A stretch of DNA of 64,000 bases from Candidatus Caldarchaeales archaeon (GCA_039630085.1 JBCNVM010000005.1:1-64000), one strand, 5' to 3'; numbered from the stretch's first letter, positions 10,169-19,116 are shown. Translations and numbers: made by a program. The notes: generated from the sequence alone by a model not told the origin.

Positions 10169-11250
10169 AGGTCTACAGGGTAAGGCTCAGGTTCGAGTCG
10201 CCCGTCGCGCTACCGACGAGGAGGGCGAGGCTCGGTTACCTTGGTGTCCCCAGATACGTCCCGGCCTCTACGCTCCGGGGCGCGATCGTCTCATCTCTCT
10301 ACAGGGAGGGGCACATCGACGAAGACCGCCTCAAGAGGGAGGCCCTCTACCCGGAGATCGTCGCTTCGCCCGCGTATCCTGTCGTCGAGGGCCTTGAGTC
10401 CAAACCCGCTCATCCCTTCATGTTCGCCTGCAAGAGGTGCGAGGCCGAGGGCAAGAAGGAGACGCTGACGTTCGAGGCGGACGCGGTGAAGATCGTCAAG
10501 TCGGGTGACGTGAGAATCCCTGAGCCGAAGTGCGGTCATAGGGCGCTCAAGCAGCTCCACCCTTCACCAGTCGTATGGAAAAATGGGAGACCGGTCGAGG
10601 CAGGTCTCGCGGGGCTGAGATATGTCTCGCTGAACATGAGCAGGAGGAGGGCTTCGGGGATTAAAGGCGCTCTCTACTCCTACGAGGCGCTCGCGGACTC
10701 GCTGGAGTTCTGGGCCACGGTCTCCTCTAGGGACGAACTCCGGCTGAAGGGGATGCTACTCCTGATCGGGCGTGGTATCTCGAGGGGGTTCGGTAGGGTC
10801 AGGGTCACGGAGGCCACCGAGGTCAACATCGCGAAGGAGGCGGAAGAGCTCAAGGAGAGGTCGAAGGGCAGCGCCGTCTTCCTGTCGTTCTCGCCGCTCC
10901 TGGGCTTCGGGCAGGCCGGGTCGGAGTGGTCGACGTACCCCCGGGTGCTCGACCTGAGCGAGCTGGCGAGGGAGGCGGGATCTCAGGCTTCAGGGACGAT
11001 CACCGTTAAGAGGGCTTACGGGAGAACCTTCACTTTCGACTCGGGCTGGGACATGGCGAAGGGGAGGCTGAGGCCGAGGTTCGAGGCGAAGAACCCCGGC
11101 ACGGTCGTTTACGCCTCGATCGATAATGCCTCAGGCGACATCGGGAGCGCCCTCGTCTCCCTCCGCTACGTCGGGACCAAGGTCCTCTACGGCGAGTCGA
11201 CCTGGATCACGGGAGTGAACATGATGGAGCCGATGGAGGCGAGGGAGTGA
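10153..11250 (+). CDS. Cas5-group RAMP (Csx10/Csm4-like)
   Basis: 'FESPV', 'YVPASTLRGA', 'LYSYEAL', 'IGRGISRGFG'. Confidence 0.8.
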   Translation: MVMGLKVYRVRLRFESPVALPTRRARLGYLGVPRYVPASTLRGAIVSSLYREGHIDEDRLKREALYPEIVASPAYPVVEGLESKPAHPFMFACKRCEAEGKKETLTFEADAVKIVKSGDVRIPEPKCGHRALKQLHPSPVVWKNGRPVEAGLAGLRYVSLNMSRRRASGIKGALYSYEALADSLEFWATVSSRDELRLKGMLLLIGRGISRGFGRVRVTEATEVNIAKEAEELKERSKGSAVFLSFSPLLGFGQAGSEWSTYPRVLDLSELAREAGSQASGTITVKRAYGRTFTFDSGWDMAKGRLRPRFEAKNPGTVVYASIDNASGDIGSALVSLRYVGTKVLYGESTWITGVNMMEPMEARE

Positions 11251-12153
11251 ATGCACCTCTCGGAGCTGAAGTCGAAGGTCGTCGGGGACCTGGTCTTCGT
11301 CTCGGAGTCCCACGTTCACGTCGGCGACCACGAGCCGGGGTCTTCCCGTTTGGAGGTGATGAGGCTCCCCGACGGTTCCTTCCTGATCCCCGCATCCACG
11401 TGGAAGGGCTGCTTCAGGAGCATGGCGGAGAAGCTGGCGCGTTCGCTGAGGCTTGACCAGCTCGAGAGGCTCGCGCTGGAGGCATACGCCCAGAACACTT
11501 ACTCGCTGAGGCTAGATGATTCGCGATACGAGGACTACCTCAAGGACTTCAAAGAGGCTCTCAGAGGCGGAAGCCCGAGGATCGTGAGGCACGGGAGGGA
11601 GGAGCTGCGCCAGATCCTCAAGGACATCGGTTATGAAGAGGTCGAGATGAATGGCGAGGCCCTCGAGCGGAGAGTCAGGGAGATGGCCGCTGACTACCTC
11701 GCGCTCAACTGCCCCGTGGGGAGGCTCTTCGGAAGCCAGGTCGCCGCGTCGAAGCTGATCTTCCACCACACGCCGCTGGACCCGAGGTCGGTCGGGGTAG
11801 AGTTCAGGCCCGGCGTCGGGATCGACAGGGCCTCGGGCTCGGTGAGGGAGGACATCCTCTTCTTCGTCGAGGGGCTGAGGGCGGGCATTGAGGTCAGGTT
11901 GAGGTTCGTCGCGGACAATTTGGAGCCGGGCGCCTCTGACTCGAGGCTGTTCGCGGGCGTTCTGGACTGGATTAAGACCCTCGGGCTGCAGGTCGGCGGG
12001 AGGAAGAGCGTCGGGCTGGGGCTGCTGAGGCTCCGAGAGGGCACGTTCTACTTCGTGGGGCCCGGTGACGACATGGCGCTCGTGAACCCGTTCAGTCACG
12101 GCAGGAGGCTCGAACTGAACGAGTTCCTCAGCTACTTAAGGGGGAGCGAATGA
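11251..12153 (+). CDS. Cas7-group RAMP
   Basis: 'HVHVG', 'IPASTWKG', 'CPVGRLFG', 'GVGIDR', 'VGGRKSVGLG'. Confidence 0.88.
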   Translation: MHLSELKSKVVGDLVFVSESHVHVGDHEPGSSRLEVMRLPDGSFLIPASTWKGCFRSMAEKLARSLRLDQLERLALEAYAQNTYSLRLDDSRYEDYLKDFKEALRGGSPRIVRHGREELRQILKDIGYEEVEMNGEALERRVREMAADYLALNCPVGRLFGSQVAASKLIFHHTPLDPRSVGVEFRPGVGIDRASGSVREDILFFVEGLRAGIEVRLRFVADNLEPGASDSRLFAGVLDWIKTLGLQVGGRKSVGLGLLRLREGTFYFVGPGDDMALVNPFSHGRRLELNEFLSYLRGSE

Positions 12154-12367
12154 GCCAGACCGATCCGCAAAGAGAATTATAGTTAAATTGTAATTTTTCT
12201 TTGAATATTGTGCTAAATGAGGCGCACCGACGCGAAATCCCAAAAAAAGAAGGATCAACTCGTTGGGTCGCAAGCGGCGAAGGTCAGACGCAGGACATCA
12301 AAAAGGGACGGATTAAATCCAGTAATCGTAGCAATGTCAGCAATATCTCGAGAAGGTTCGATATACG

Positions 12368-12514
12368 GAACCTCACTGGGAGGATTGAGAGTTTTCTTCT
12401 ACGACGACCCATTCGGATTTTACCTCGAGTGAACCTCACTAAGAGGTTAGAAGGCCGTTTCATGTTGATAGTCAGCTTGATTTCTACTTCTAGCCTCACG
12501 AATAGACCTGAGTC
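12368..12514 (+). CRISPR. Degenerate CRISPR mini-array (2 clear repeats + 1 eroded repeat, 2 spacers)
   Basis: GAACCTCACTGGGAGGATTGAGAG (12368-12391), 39-nt spacer, GAACCTCACTAAGAGGTTAGAAGG (12431-12454), 36-nt spacer, TAGCCTCACGAATAGACCTGAGTC (12491-12514, 15/24 identity to consensus). Confidence 0.8.
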
Positions 12515-12737
12515 CTTGCTACTACGGCTCATTCCACCGTCACCTCTAGTGTGTCTTCCCTCAGACCATGCTTGTGGGTCCTAGATATAAGCGTTCGGTA
12601 TATGCTATGCCTCCTACATCTGAAACTTAAATGGTTTAAAAGGCGCCTCTTTCGCGATATCAAGGGAAAGGTCCCCGCGCCCTCAGGTCTGGATGGCGCA
12701 GGCATAGGATCGACTACGGAGACTCTTGAACGTTCGC

Positions 12738-12756
12738 AAAAGCCGGGAGATCCGGC
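12738..12756 (-). terminator. Hairpin + T-run just downstream of tRNA-Gly
   Basis: Minus strand reads GCCGG-ATCTC-CCGGC-TTTT. Confidence 0.4.
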
Positions 12757-12759
12757 CCC

Positions 12760-12833
<74 letters not shown>

Positions 12834-12941
12834 CACAAACTCACATTCCGGTTCAGCTCTTAACATTTTCGGGAGATCGGAACAGCCCCGCCGCCAAGTC
12901 GCGGTACGTATTTCTCTTAGGTCGACGCTCGGAAGAGGAGC

Positions 12942-13601
12942 ATGCTGGCGGCGCAGGAGATATCCGAGGGCCTCAGGAAAGCGATGGGCGGCGCGAAGAA
13001 GAGGAAGTTCGTCCAGTCGGTGGAGCTGCAGGTGAACTTCAGGGACATGGATCTGAAGAAGCCGGAGAACAGGTTCACCGAGACGGTCGAGCTGCCGAGG
13101 GGCCTCGGGTCCAGGCCGAGGAGGGTCGCGGTCATCGCGGGCGGTGCGTTGGCGGTCGAGGCCAGGAAGTCATCGAACGTCGACAGGGTCTTCGAGCGGG
13201 AGGAGATCGAGCTGCTGGTGGGCAACAAGAAGGCCGCGAAGAGGCTCGCGAGGGAGTACGACTACTTCTTGGTCGACACGGCCCTGATCTCCCTGACCGC
13301 GAGGGCCCTGGGGTCGGCGCTGGGCTTCGTGGGGAAGGCGCCGGTGCCGGTGCCCGCGGGGACAGACATCGACGCGATGGCGGCGAGGTACAGGCGGAGC
13401 GTGACGGTCAGGGTGAGGAAGAACCCGCAGGCGAACTGTGTGATCGGGTCGGAGGACATGCCAGTTGAGCACCTCCTCGAGAACGCGCAGGCGGTCCTGA
13501 ACAGGGTCGTCGAGAGGCTACCGAAGAGGTGGGCGAACGTCCAGTCGGTCCACCTGAAGCTCTCGATGGGCGAGCCCGTCAGGCTCCCGGTCAGGCAGTA
13601 G
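12942..13601 (+). CDS. rpl1: 50S ribosomal protein uL1
   Basis: 'KRKFVQSVELQVNF.D.DLKKPENR', 'GNKKAAKRLA', 'HLKLSMG'. Confidence 0.95.
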   Translation: MLAAQEISEGLRKAMGGAKKRKFVQSVELQVNFRDMDLKKPENRFTETVELPRGLGSRPRRVAVIAGGALAVEARKSSNVDRVFEREEIELLVGNKKAAKRLAREYDYFLVDTALISLTARALGSALGFVGKAPVPVPAGTDIDAMAARYRRSVTVRVRKNPQANCVIGSEDMPVEHLLENAQAVLNRVVERLPKRWANVQSVHLKLSMGEPVRLPVRQ

Positions 13602-14085
13602 CCGTCCGTTCGAGGAGGTCGGCGTAGGCTCCCTCCTCGACCTCCCTGAGGACCTCCTTCGGGCTCTTGCCCTCGACGTTCACGCCCATGCTCACGCAGA
13701 CGCCGAGCACGGTCTTGACCGCCGCCTTCAGCGAGTTGACCCTCATGTGGGGCGCCTTCATCCTCGCGATCCTGACCACTTGGTCCATCGTGAGGTTGGC
13801 CACCGCCTTCCTCCCCGGCTCGCCGGAGCCCTTCTCGACTTGGGCCTCCTTCGCTATGAGCGCGGTGACCGTCGGTATTCCGACCTCGACCTCGAACTCC
13901 TTCGTCTCGGTGTTGACCATCACCTTCACGGGGACCCTCATCCCCCTGAACTCCGCGGTCAGCTCGTTGATTTTCTCGACGACCGCGAGGACGTTCAGCC
14001 CGAGCGGGGTCAGCGAGGGGCCTATCGGAGGACCTGCAGTAGCCTTTCCTCCCTCCACGTCGAACCTGAGCGTCTTGACGGGCAT
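13591..14085 (-). CDS. rpl11: 50S ribosomal protein uL11
   Basis: 'VEGGKATAGPPIGP.L.PLG', 'GVCVSMGV.VEG'; start placed at MPVK. Confidence 0.95.
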   Translation of the reverse strand: MPVKTLRFDVEGGKATAGPPIGPSLTPLGLNVLAVVEKINELTAEFRGMRVPVKVMVNTETKEFEVEVGIPTVTALIAKEAQVEKGSGEPGRKAVANLTMDQVVRIARMKAPHMRVNSLKAAVKTVLGVCVSMGVNVEGKSPKEVLREVEEGAYADLLERTATA

Positions 14086-14170
14086 ACCGCGGAGCCGCAC
14101 CACTCCGATCTAATAAAATTCGTCGGAAGCGGTGCCCAGGCTTTTAACTCCCCGAGGACGGGGGAATGGT

Positions 14171-15481
14171 GTGAAGAGGACGCACGAGATCGCCGAGATC
14201 CCCGAGGAGCCCGGGAAAATCGTCAAGATCGCGGGGTTCGTCGAGAACGTGAAGGAGGTCGGGAGGCTGGTCTTCGTCTGGGTGAGGGATAGGAGCGGGA
14301 TCGCCCAGCTCACCCTGAGGAAAGCGGAGGCGCCCGAGGACCTCCTGAAGGTCGCGAGGTCCCTGAACACCCACGACGTGGTCTCGGTCGTCGGCGTCGT
14401 CCCGGAGCGGAGGGAGGCGAAGGTCGGGATGGAGCTGATCCCGAAGGAGATCGAGGTCCTCTCGAGGGCGGAGAGGCTTCCGATAGACGTGACGGGGGCC
14501 GTTGCGACCCAGCTCGACACGAGGCTCGACTGGAGGCCCGTCGACCTCAGGAACCCGAAAAGCCTCGCGGTCTTCAGGATCCAGCAGTCCTTGGTCAAGG
14601 GGATGACCGAGTGGCTCGAGTCCCACGGGTTCGTCCAGGTCTTCACACCCTGCATCATCGGCGCTCCCTCGGAGAGCGGTGCGGACATGTTCGAGATCGA
14701 CTACTTCGGGAGAAAGGCGTTCCTCAGGCAGGACCCGCAGCTCCACAGGCAGCTCCTGATGGTCGCGGGCTTCGAGAGGATCTACGAAGTCGGTCCCAGC
14801 TGGAGGGCCGAGCCCAGCCACACGCCCAGGCACCTCTGCGAGCACAGGGGCTGCGCCGTCGAGCTGTCCTACATCTCTGACGAGCTCGATGTCATGAGGG
14901 TCGAGGAGGAACTCTTCGTCGCGGGGCTGAAGAGGGTCCTCGAGGAGAGGACGAGGGAGCTCGAGGCGCTCGGCGTCGAGTTGGAGGTCCCGAGGACGCC
15001 GCTCCCGGAGCTCAGGTTCCCGGAGATCTACGAGATCCTCAGCTCGATGGGCAAGGAGGTCAGGTACGGCGAGGACCTCGACAGGGAGTCCGAGAGGCTC
15101 CTCAGCCAGTACGTCCTCGAGAAGCACAATTCGGAGGCCCTCTTCATCAACAGGTTCCCGTTCGCGGTGAAGCCCTTCTACGTCATGAGGGTCGACGAGG
15201 ACCCGACCTGGGCGAGGAGCATCGACCTGGTCTACAGGGGGCTCGAGATGAGCTCCGGCGGGCAGAGGGAGCACAGGTACGAGAAGATCACGGAGCAGGT
15301 GAGGCTCAAGGGGATGAACCCTGAGAGCGTAAAGTGGTTCACCGAGTTCTTCAGGTACGGCGCTCCTCCCCACGGAGGCTTCAACATCGGGATCGAGAGG
15401 CTGACGATGGCCGTCGTCGGGGCGTCCAACATCAGGGAGGTCACGCTCTTCCCGAGAACGCCTGAGAGGTTCCTGCCTTGA
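14171..15481 (+). CDS. aspS: Aspartyl-tRNA synthetase (archaeal type)
   Basis: OB-fold 'VRDRSG.AQ', 'QDPQL.RQ', 'WRAE.SHT.RH', 'SSGGQREH', 'GAPPHGG...GIER'; GTG start at 14171 inferred. Confidence 0.95.
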   Translation: MKRTHEIAEIPEEPGKIVKIAGFVENVKEVGRLVFVWVRDRSGIAQLTLRKAEAPEDLLKVARSLNTHDVVSVVGVVPERREAKVGMELIPKEIEVLSRAERLPIDVTGAVATQLDTRLDWRPVDLRNPKSLAVFRIQQSLVKGMTEWLESHGFVQVFTPCIIGAPSESGADMFEIDYFGRKAFLRQDPQLHRQLLMVAGFERIYEVGPSWRAEPSHTPRHLCEHRGCAVELSYISDELDVMRVEEELFVAGLKRVLEERTRELEALGVELEVPRTPLPELRFPEIYEILSSMGKEVRYGEDLDRESERLLSQYVLEKHNSEALFINRFPFAVKPFYVMRVDEDPTWARSIDLVYRGLEMSSGGQREHRYEKITEQVRLKGMNPESVKWFTEFFRYGAPPHGGFNIGIERLTMAVVGASNIREVTLFPRTPERFLP

Positions 15482-15699
15482 GCCGCGCCGAGAGGTTCGG
15501 GAGGCTGGCGAGGCGAGCCCTCGAGCCCGGCATCTCCGAGGAGGAGCTGTGGAGGGTCGCGGAGGAGATGGTCGAGCTGAAGCGCGAGCTGAGGTCCGAG
15601 CACGGCCTCAGTGAGGGGAGGGCCCCGTTCGCGGAGGAGGTCAGGCTCCAGTTCTCCAGGCTCAAGTCCCTTAGGGCGAACTTGGGCATCGACAGCTGA
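15478..15699 (+). CDS. Small hypothetical helical protein
   Basis: Overlaps the aspS stop by 4 bp; host-like codon usage. Confidence 0.6.
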   Translation: MSRAERFGRLARRALEPGISEEELWRVAEEMVELKRELRSEHGLSEGRAPFAEEVRLQFSRLKSLRANLGIDS

Positions 15700-15819
15700 A
15701 ACGTAGCTCAGTCCATCGGCCGTCTCAACCGGTCCATCCCGCCCGTTCGTCTAAATGGGGAATGGTGGATCCGCTGCCTCCTGAGATTCAGTTTTATCTC
15801 GGGGCCGACGGATCGAGCC

Positions 15820-16566
15820 GTGCGGAGCGTGAGGCTCCCGGAGCGGCCCGAGGACCTTCTGCCGTCGGTGAGGGCGGCCCTCTGCAAAGAGCTGCTCGAG
15901 AGGTACGGGCTCCGTAAAGTGCAGGTCGCCTCGGTCCTCGGAGTCAGGCCCGCGACGGTCACCCACTACCTCAGCGGGAAGAGGGGCGCCCTCTGGCTCG
16001 AGGTCATCGGGTCGGACGAGGAGGCCCGTAGGATGATATCGGAGGCGGCGGAGTCGATGGCGAGGAGGCACAGGTTAGGCGTGGCCGTCGACGCCTCGAG
16101 GGAGGTGTCCGAGCTCGCGAACAGGCTCTACTCGGTCATCGCTGGCGGACGCGCTGCCGGAGGCGCCGGAGGCCTGAGCGAGGAGGCGCTGAGCTCCATC
16201 GCGGAGAGGATCAGGTTCGAGGAGGCGGTCGCGAGGAGGGTGCTCGAGGTGATGAACAGGGTGAGGAACGTAGCAGTCCAGCAGGTCCTGAGGCAGATAG
16301 CCGTCGACAGCCTAAGGCACGCCGAGATCCTCACGCTCGTCTCTAGGGGCGTGGGGGCCGACGATGAGTCCCTGAAGTCGGACCTGGTTCTGCTGGAGGA
16401 GCTGATGAAGTACGAGTCGGAGGCCGAGGAGAAGGATCTCTCTGAGCTCGCCAGGACTGTGGGCAACCCGGCGCTCGCGGCCCTGCTCATCTCGATCGAC
16501 CACGACGAGCGGAAGCACGTCGCGATGCTCGAGGTCATCCTCGGATCGGGGCGCGACGAAGTTTGA
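15820..16566 (+). CDS. HTH transcription regulator (COG2522-like) fused to a ferritin/rubrerythrin-like domain
   Basis: N-terminal 'LLPSVRAAL...VASVLGV.PATVTHYLSGKRG'; C-terminal paired E...DxxxH motifs 'DSLRH' and 'DERKH'. Confidence 0.78.
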   Translation: MRSVRLPERPEDLLPSVRAALCKELLERYGLRKVQVASVLGVRPATVTHYLSGKRGALWLEVIGSDEEARRMISEAAESMARRHRLGVAVDASREVSELANRLYSVIAGGRAAGGAGGLSEEALSSIAERIRFEEAVARRVLEVMNRVRNVAVQQVLRQIAVDSLRHAEILTLVSRGVGADDESLKSDLVLLEELMKYESEAEEKDLSELARTVGNPALAALLISIDHDERKHVAMLEVILGSGRDEV

Positions 16567-16676
16567 GGGCGTTGATTTAACGTCGTGAATTCCAGCCTAA
16601 CGCGACGGAGTTTTGGGGATCTGCAGGAATTCCGGATCCCCTCCTCCAAACGATGAATTGTCTTCGTGAAAGGTTA

Positions 16677-16695
16677 ATTATAACGACGTTATAAT
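16677..16695. promoter_or_regulatory. Perfect palindrome ATTATAACG-A-CGTTATAAT overlapping the phnD-like promoter (candidate operator)
   Basis: 9-bp inverted repeat ending 9 bp before the GTG start; preceded by GAAAGG-TTAATTA BRE/TATA-like sequence. Confidence 0.72.
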
Positions 16696-16704
16696 CGAGC
16701 AGGC

Positions 16705-17634
16705 GTGAAACGCTGGCACCTCTTCGGGATCCTCGCGATAGGTGCGCTCGCGTTCGTCGCATTCTGGACTCTCTGGGACACGCAGACAAGAGAGGAGCCG
16801 ATCGTGATCGCGATCCAGCCGACCCAGAACCCTGCCGCAATTCTCGAGAGGGCGCAGCAGCTGAAGGAGTACCTGGCAGGAAAGCTCGGCAGACCGGTCG
16901 AGGTCTACGTCCCGACCAGCTACTCGGCGGTGATCGAGGGGCTGAGGTACGGCAACGTCCACGCGGCTATGATGGGTTCCTGGCCCTCTGCGATCGCGGT
17001 GAGGGTCGCGGACGCGGAGGTCTACCTCGCGGAGGTGAGGACGGTGGCGATCGACGGCAGGAGGGTCGAGGGCACGTTCTACTTCTCCTACTGGATCGTT
17101 AGGCAGGACTCGCCTTACGCCGGGCTCGGGGACCTCAGGGGGGAGAGGGTCTGCTTCCCTAGCCCCATCTCATCCTCGGGTTACCTAGCTCCGCTGGCGA
17201 GGATGGTCGAGCTCGGTCTCCTCACGCGGAGGGACGACAAGCCTGTTGACCCGAAGGAGTTCTTCTCCGAGGTCTACTTCGGCGGCGGTTACCAGCAGTG
17301 CTACGAGGCCCTTATGGCGGGGAACGTGGACGTCACCGTGACTGCGGGCGACGTCGCCTACGACCTCTACCAGAAGGTAATGGCGACGACCAAGGTGATC
17401 GAGCAGCAGGGACCGCTGCCGTCCCACACGCTTGTCGTCTCGAGGAGGCTGGACCCGCGGACTAGGGAGCTCTTAGTCTCGGCCTTCGAGGAGCTCGGTA
17501 GGGAGGAGCACAGGGACCTCATGAGGAGGCTGGTCTCCGGGCTCTTCGTCGGGTGGGAGAGGAAGGGCTCGGCGGATCACCTCGCATCCCTGCAAAGGTT
17601 TATCGAGCTGACGGGGCTCGGGTACGACGCCTGA
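16705..17634 (+). CDS. phnD: PhnD/PtxB-family ABC substrate-binding protein
   Basis: N-terminal TM anchor, 'TSYSAVIEGL', 'YFSYWIV...SPY', 'SSSGYLAP'. Confidence 0.85.
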   Translation: MKRWHLFGILAIGALAFVAFWTLWDTQTREEPIVIAIQPTQNPAAILERAQQLKEYLAGKLGRPVEVYVPTSYSAVIEGLRYGNVHAAMMGSWPSAIAVRVADAEVYLAEVRTVAIDGRRVEGTFYFSYWIVRQDSPYAGLGDLRGERVCFPSPISSSGYLAPLARMVELGLLTRRDDKPVDPKEFFSEVYFGGGYQQCYEALMAGNVDVTVTAGDVAYDLYQKVMATTKVIEQQGPLPSHTLVVSRRLDPRTRELLVSAFEELGREEHRDLMRRLVSGLFVGWERKGSADHLASLQRFIELTGLGYDA

Positions 17635-17644
17635 GGGACCCCCG

Positions 17645-18352
17645 TTGAGGATATCGCTGCGGGACGTGAGCTTCGCCTACAGGCGCGGGAGACCGGTCCT
17701 CAGCTCCGTGAGCCTCGACATCGAGTCGGGAGAGGTCCTGATGGTTCTGGGGAGGAGCGGCGTCGGGAAGACCACGCTCCTCAAGCTCGCGGCAGGGCTC
17801 CTGAGGCCCCAGTCCGGTTCGGTCGTGTACGAGGGCCTCCAGGCCGACGGGAAGGGGAGCCGGGCGGTGGCCTACGTCCCGCAGGCGATCGGGATCGTCG
17901 AGAACATCACGGTCCTCGAGAACGCGCTCCTCGGGGCCCTCGGCAGGCTCTCGTTCTTCTCGCAGGTCGTCGGGTCGTTCCCCGAGGAAACGGTCTCACG
18001 GGCGAGGGAGGTCTGCGAGCTGTTGGGCCTAGGGGATCACGTCCACGTCAAGGCGAAGGAGCTGAGCGGCGGGCAGAAGCAGAGGGTCGCGATCGCGAGG
18101 GCGCTGGTGCAGGGCGCGAGGATCGTCCTCGCCGACGAGTTCGTCTCCCAGCTCGACCCCCTGACGGCGCTGGAGGTGCTGGAGCTGACCAGGGACCTTA
18201 GGAAGGAAGGGATCGGGTTCGCGATCACCACGCACGACGTGCACCTCGTCCCGAAGTTCGGCGACAAGGTCGCGGTGATCAGGGACGGCCGGATCGTCCT
18301 TCATAGGGACGCCTCGAGCGCGTCCGTCGAGGAGGTCCTGAGCGTGTTTTGA
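17645..18352 (+). CDS. phnC: PhnC-like ABC ATPase
   Basis: Walker A GRSGVGKT, 'LSGGQKQRVAIARAL', 'LADE..SQLDP', 'ENALLG.LG'. Confidence 0.88.
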   Translation: MRISLRDVSFAYRRGRPVLSSVSLDIESGEVLMVLGRSGVGKTTLLKLAAGLLRPQSGSVVYEGLQADGKGSRAVAYVPQAIGIVENITVLENALLGALGRLSFFSQVVGSFPEETVSRAREVCELLGLGDHVHVKAKELSGGQKQRVAIARALVQGARIVLADEFVSQLDPLTALEVLELTRDLRKEGIGFAITTHDVHLVPKFGDKVAVIRDGRIVLHRDASSASVEEVLSVF

Positions 18353-19116
18353 GGACCGGTTGGCGGACGGGCCCCAACACGGACCTGCTGATCCTCTTGG
18401 GGGTCACGCTGGTCCTGCTCTGGCACTTCGGGGCCTTCAGCCCTAGGACGATCTCCAAGCTCCCGAACCTCGGCCTCTTCCTCGCGAACGCGTTCCCTCC
18501 CGACCCGGAGCCCCTCCCGGTCCTCTTGGTCAGCATGCTCGAGACCGTCCTGATTGCGCTCGCAGGGACGGCCCTCGCGGTCATGGTCTCTGTGCCGCTG
18601 GCGTCGCTGAGCAGCAGGTCCCTCTTCTCACCGCCGGTCACCGGCGTCTTCAGGTTCGTTCTCTCGGTGATCAGGACGATACCCGCGATCCTCTGGGCGC
18701 TCCTCTTCGTCATAACGGTCGGGTTCGGGCCGCTAGCGGGCGTCCTTGGAACCGCGATGTACTCCATCGGGTATCTGGGGAAGCTCCTCTACGAGGCCTT
18801 CGACGCCGTCGACAGGGACGTGCTGGACTCGGTCAGGATCTCGGGCGCGGGCAAGCTGGCGTTAATGAGGTACGTCGTGATCCCCGAGTCCGCGAACTAC
18901 ATCATCAGCCAAGCGATCTTCATGTTCGAGTACAACGTGAGGGCCTCGACGATCCTCGGCCTGGTCGGTGCCGGAGGCATCGGCTTCTACATCCTCTCGT
19001 ACGTCCAGGTCCTAGACTACAGGTCCCTCACGACGGCACTGATCGTGGTCCTGGCCTTCGTAGTGGCGATAGACGTCGCGAGCGGCAGACTGAGGTCGAG
19101 GTTCCTGCCCTCCTGA
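18349..19116 (+). CDS. phnE: PhnE-like ABC permease
   Basis: 'RTIPAILWALLF..VGFGP.AG', 'FEYNVRASTILGLVGAGGIG'. Confidence 0.9.
   Translation: MRTGWRTGPNTDLLILLGVTLVLLWHFGAFSPRTISKLPNLGLFLANAFPPDPEPLPVLLVSMLETVLIALAGTALAVMVSVPLASLSSRSLFSPPVTGVFRFVLSVIRTIPAILWALLFVITVGFGPLAGVLGTAMYSIGYLGKLLYEAFDAVDRDVLDSVRISGAGKLALMRYVVIPESANYIISQAIFMFEYNVRASTILGLVGAGGIGFYILSYVQVLDYRSLTTALIVVLAFVVAIDVASGRLRSRFLPS

Noticed and set aside
16619-16641. Cluster of PstI/EcoRI/BamHI sites resembling a vector polylinker
   Set aside because: Only about 12 nt (CTGCAGGAATTC) match a common multiple cloning site, the flanks do not, and it sits inside a natural hairpin.
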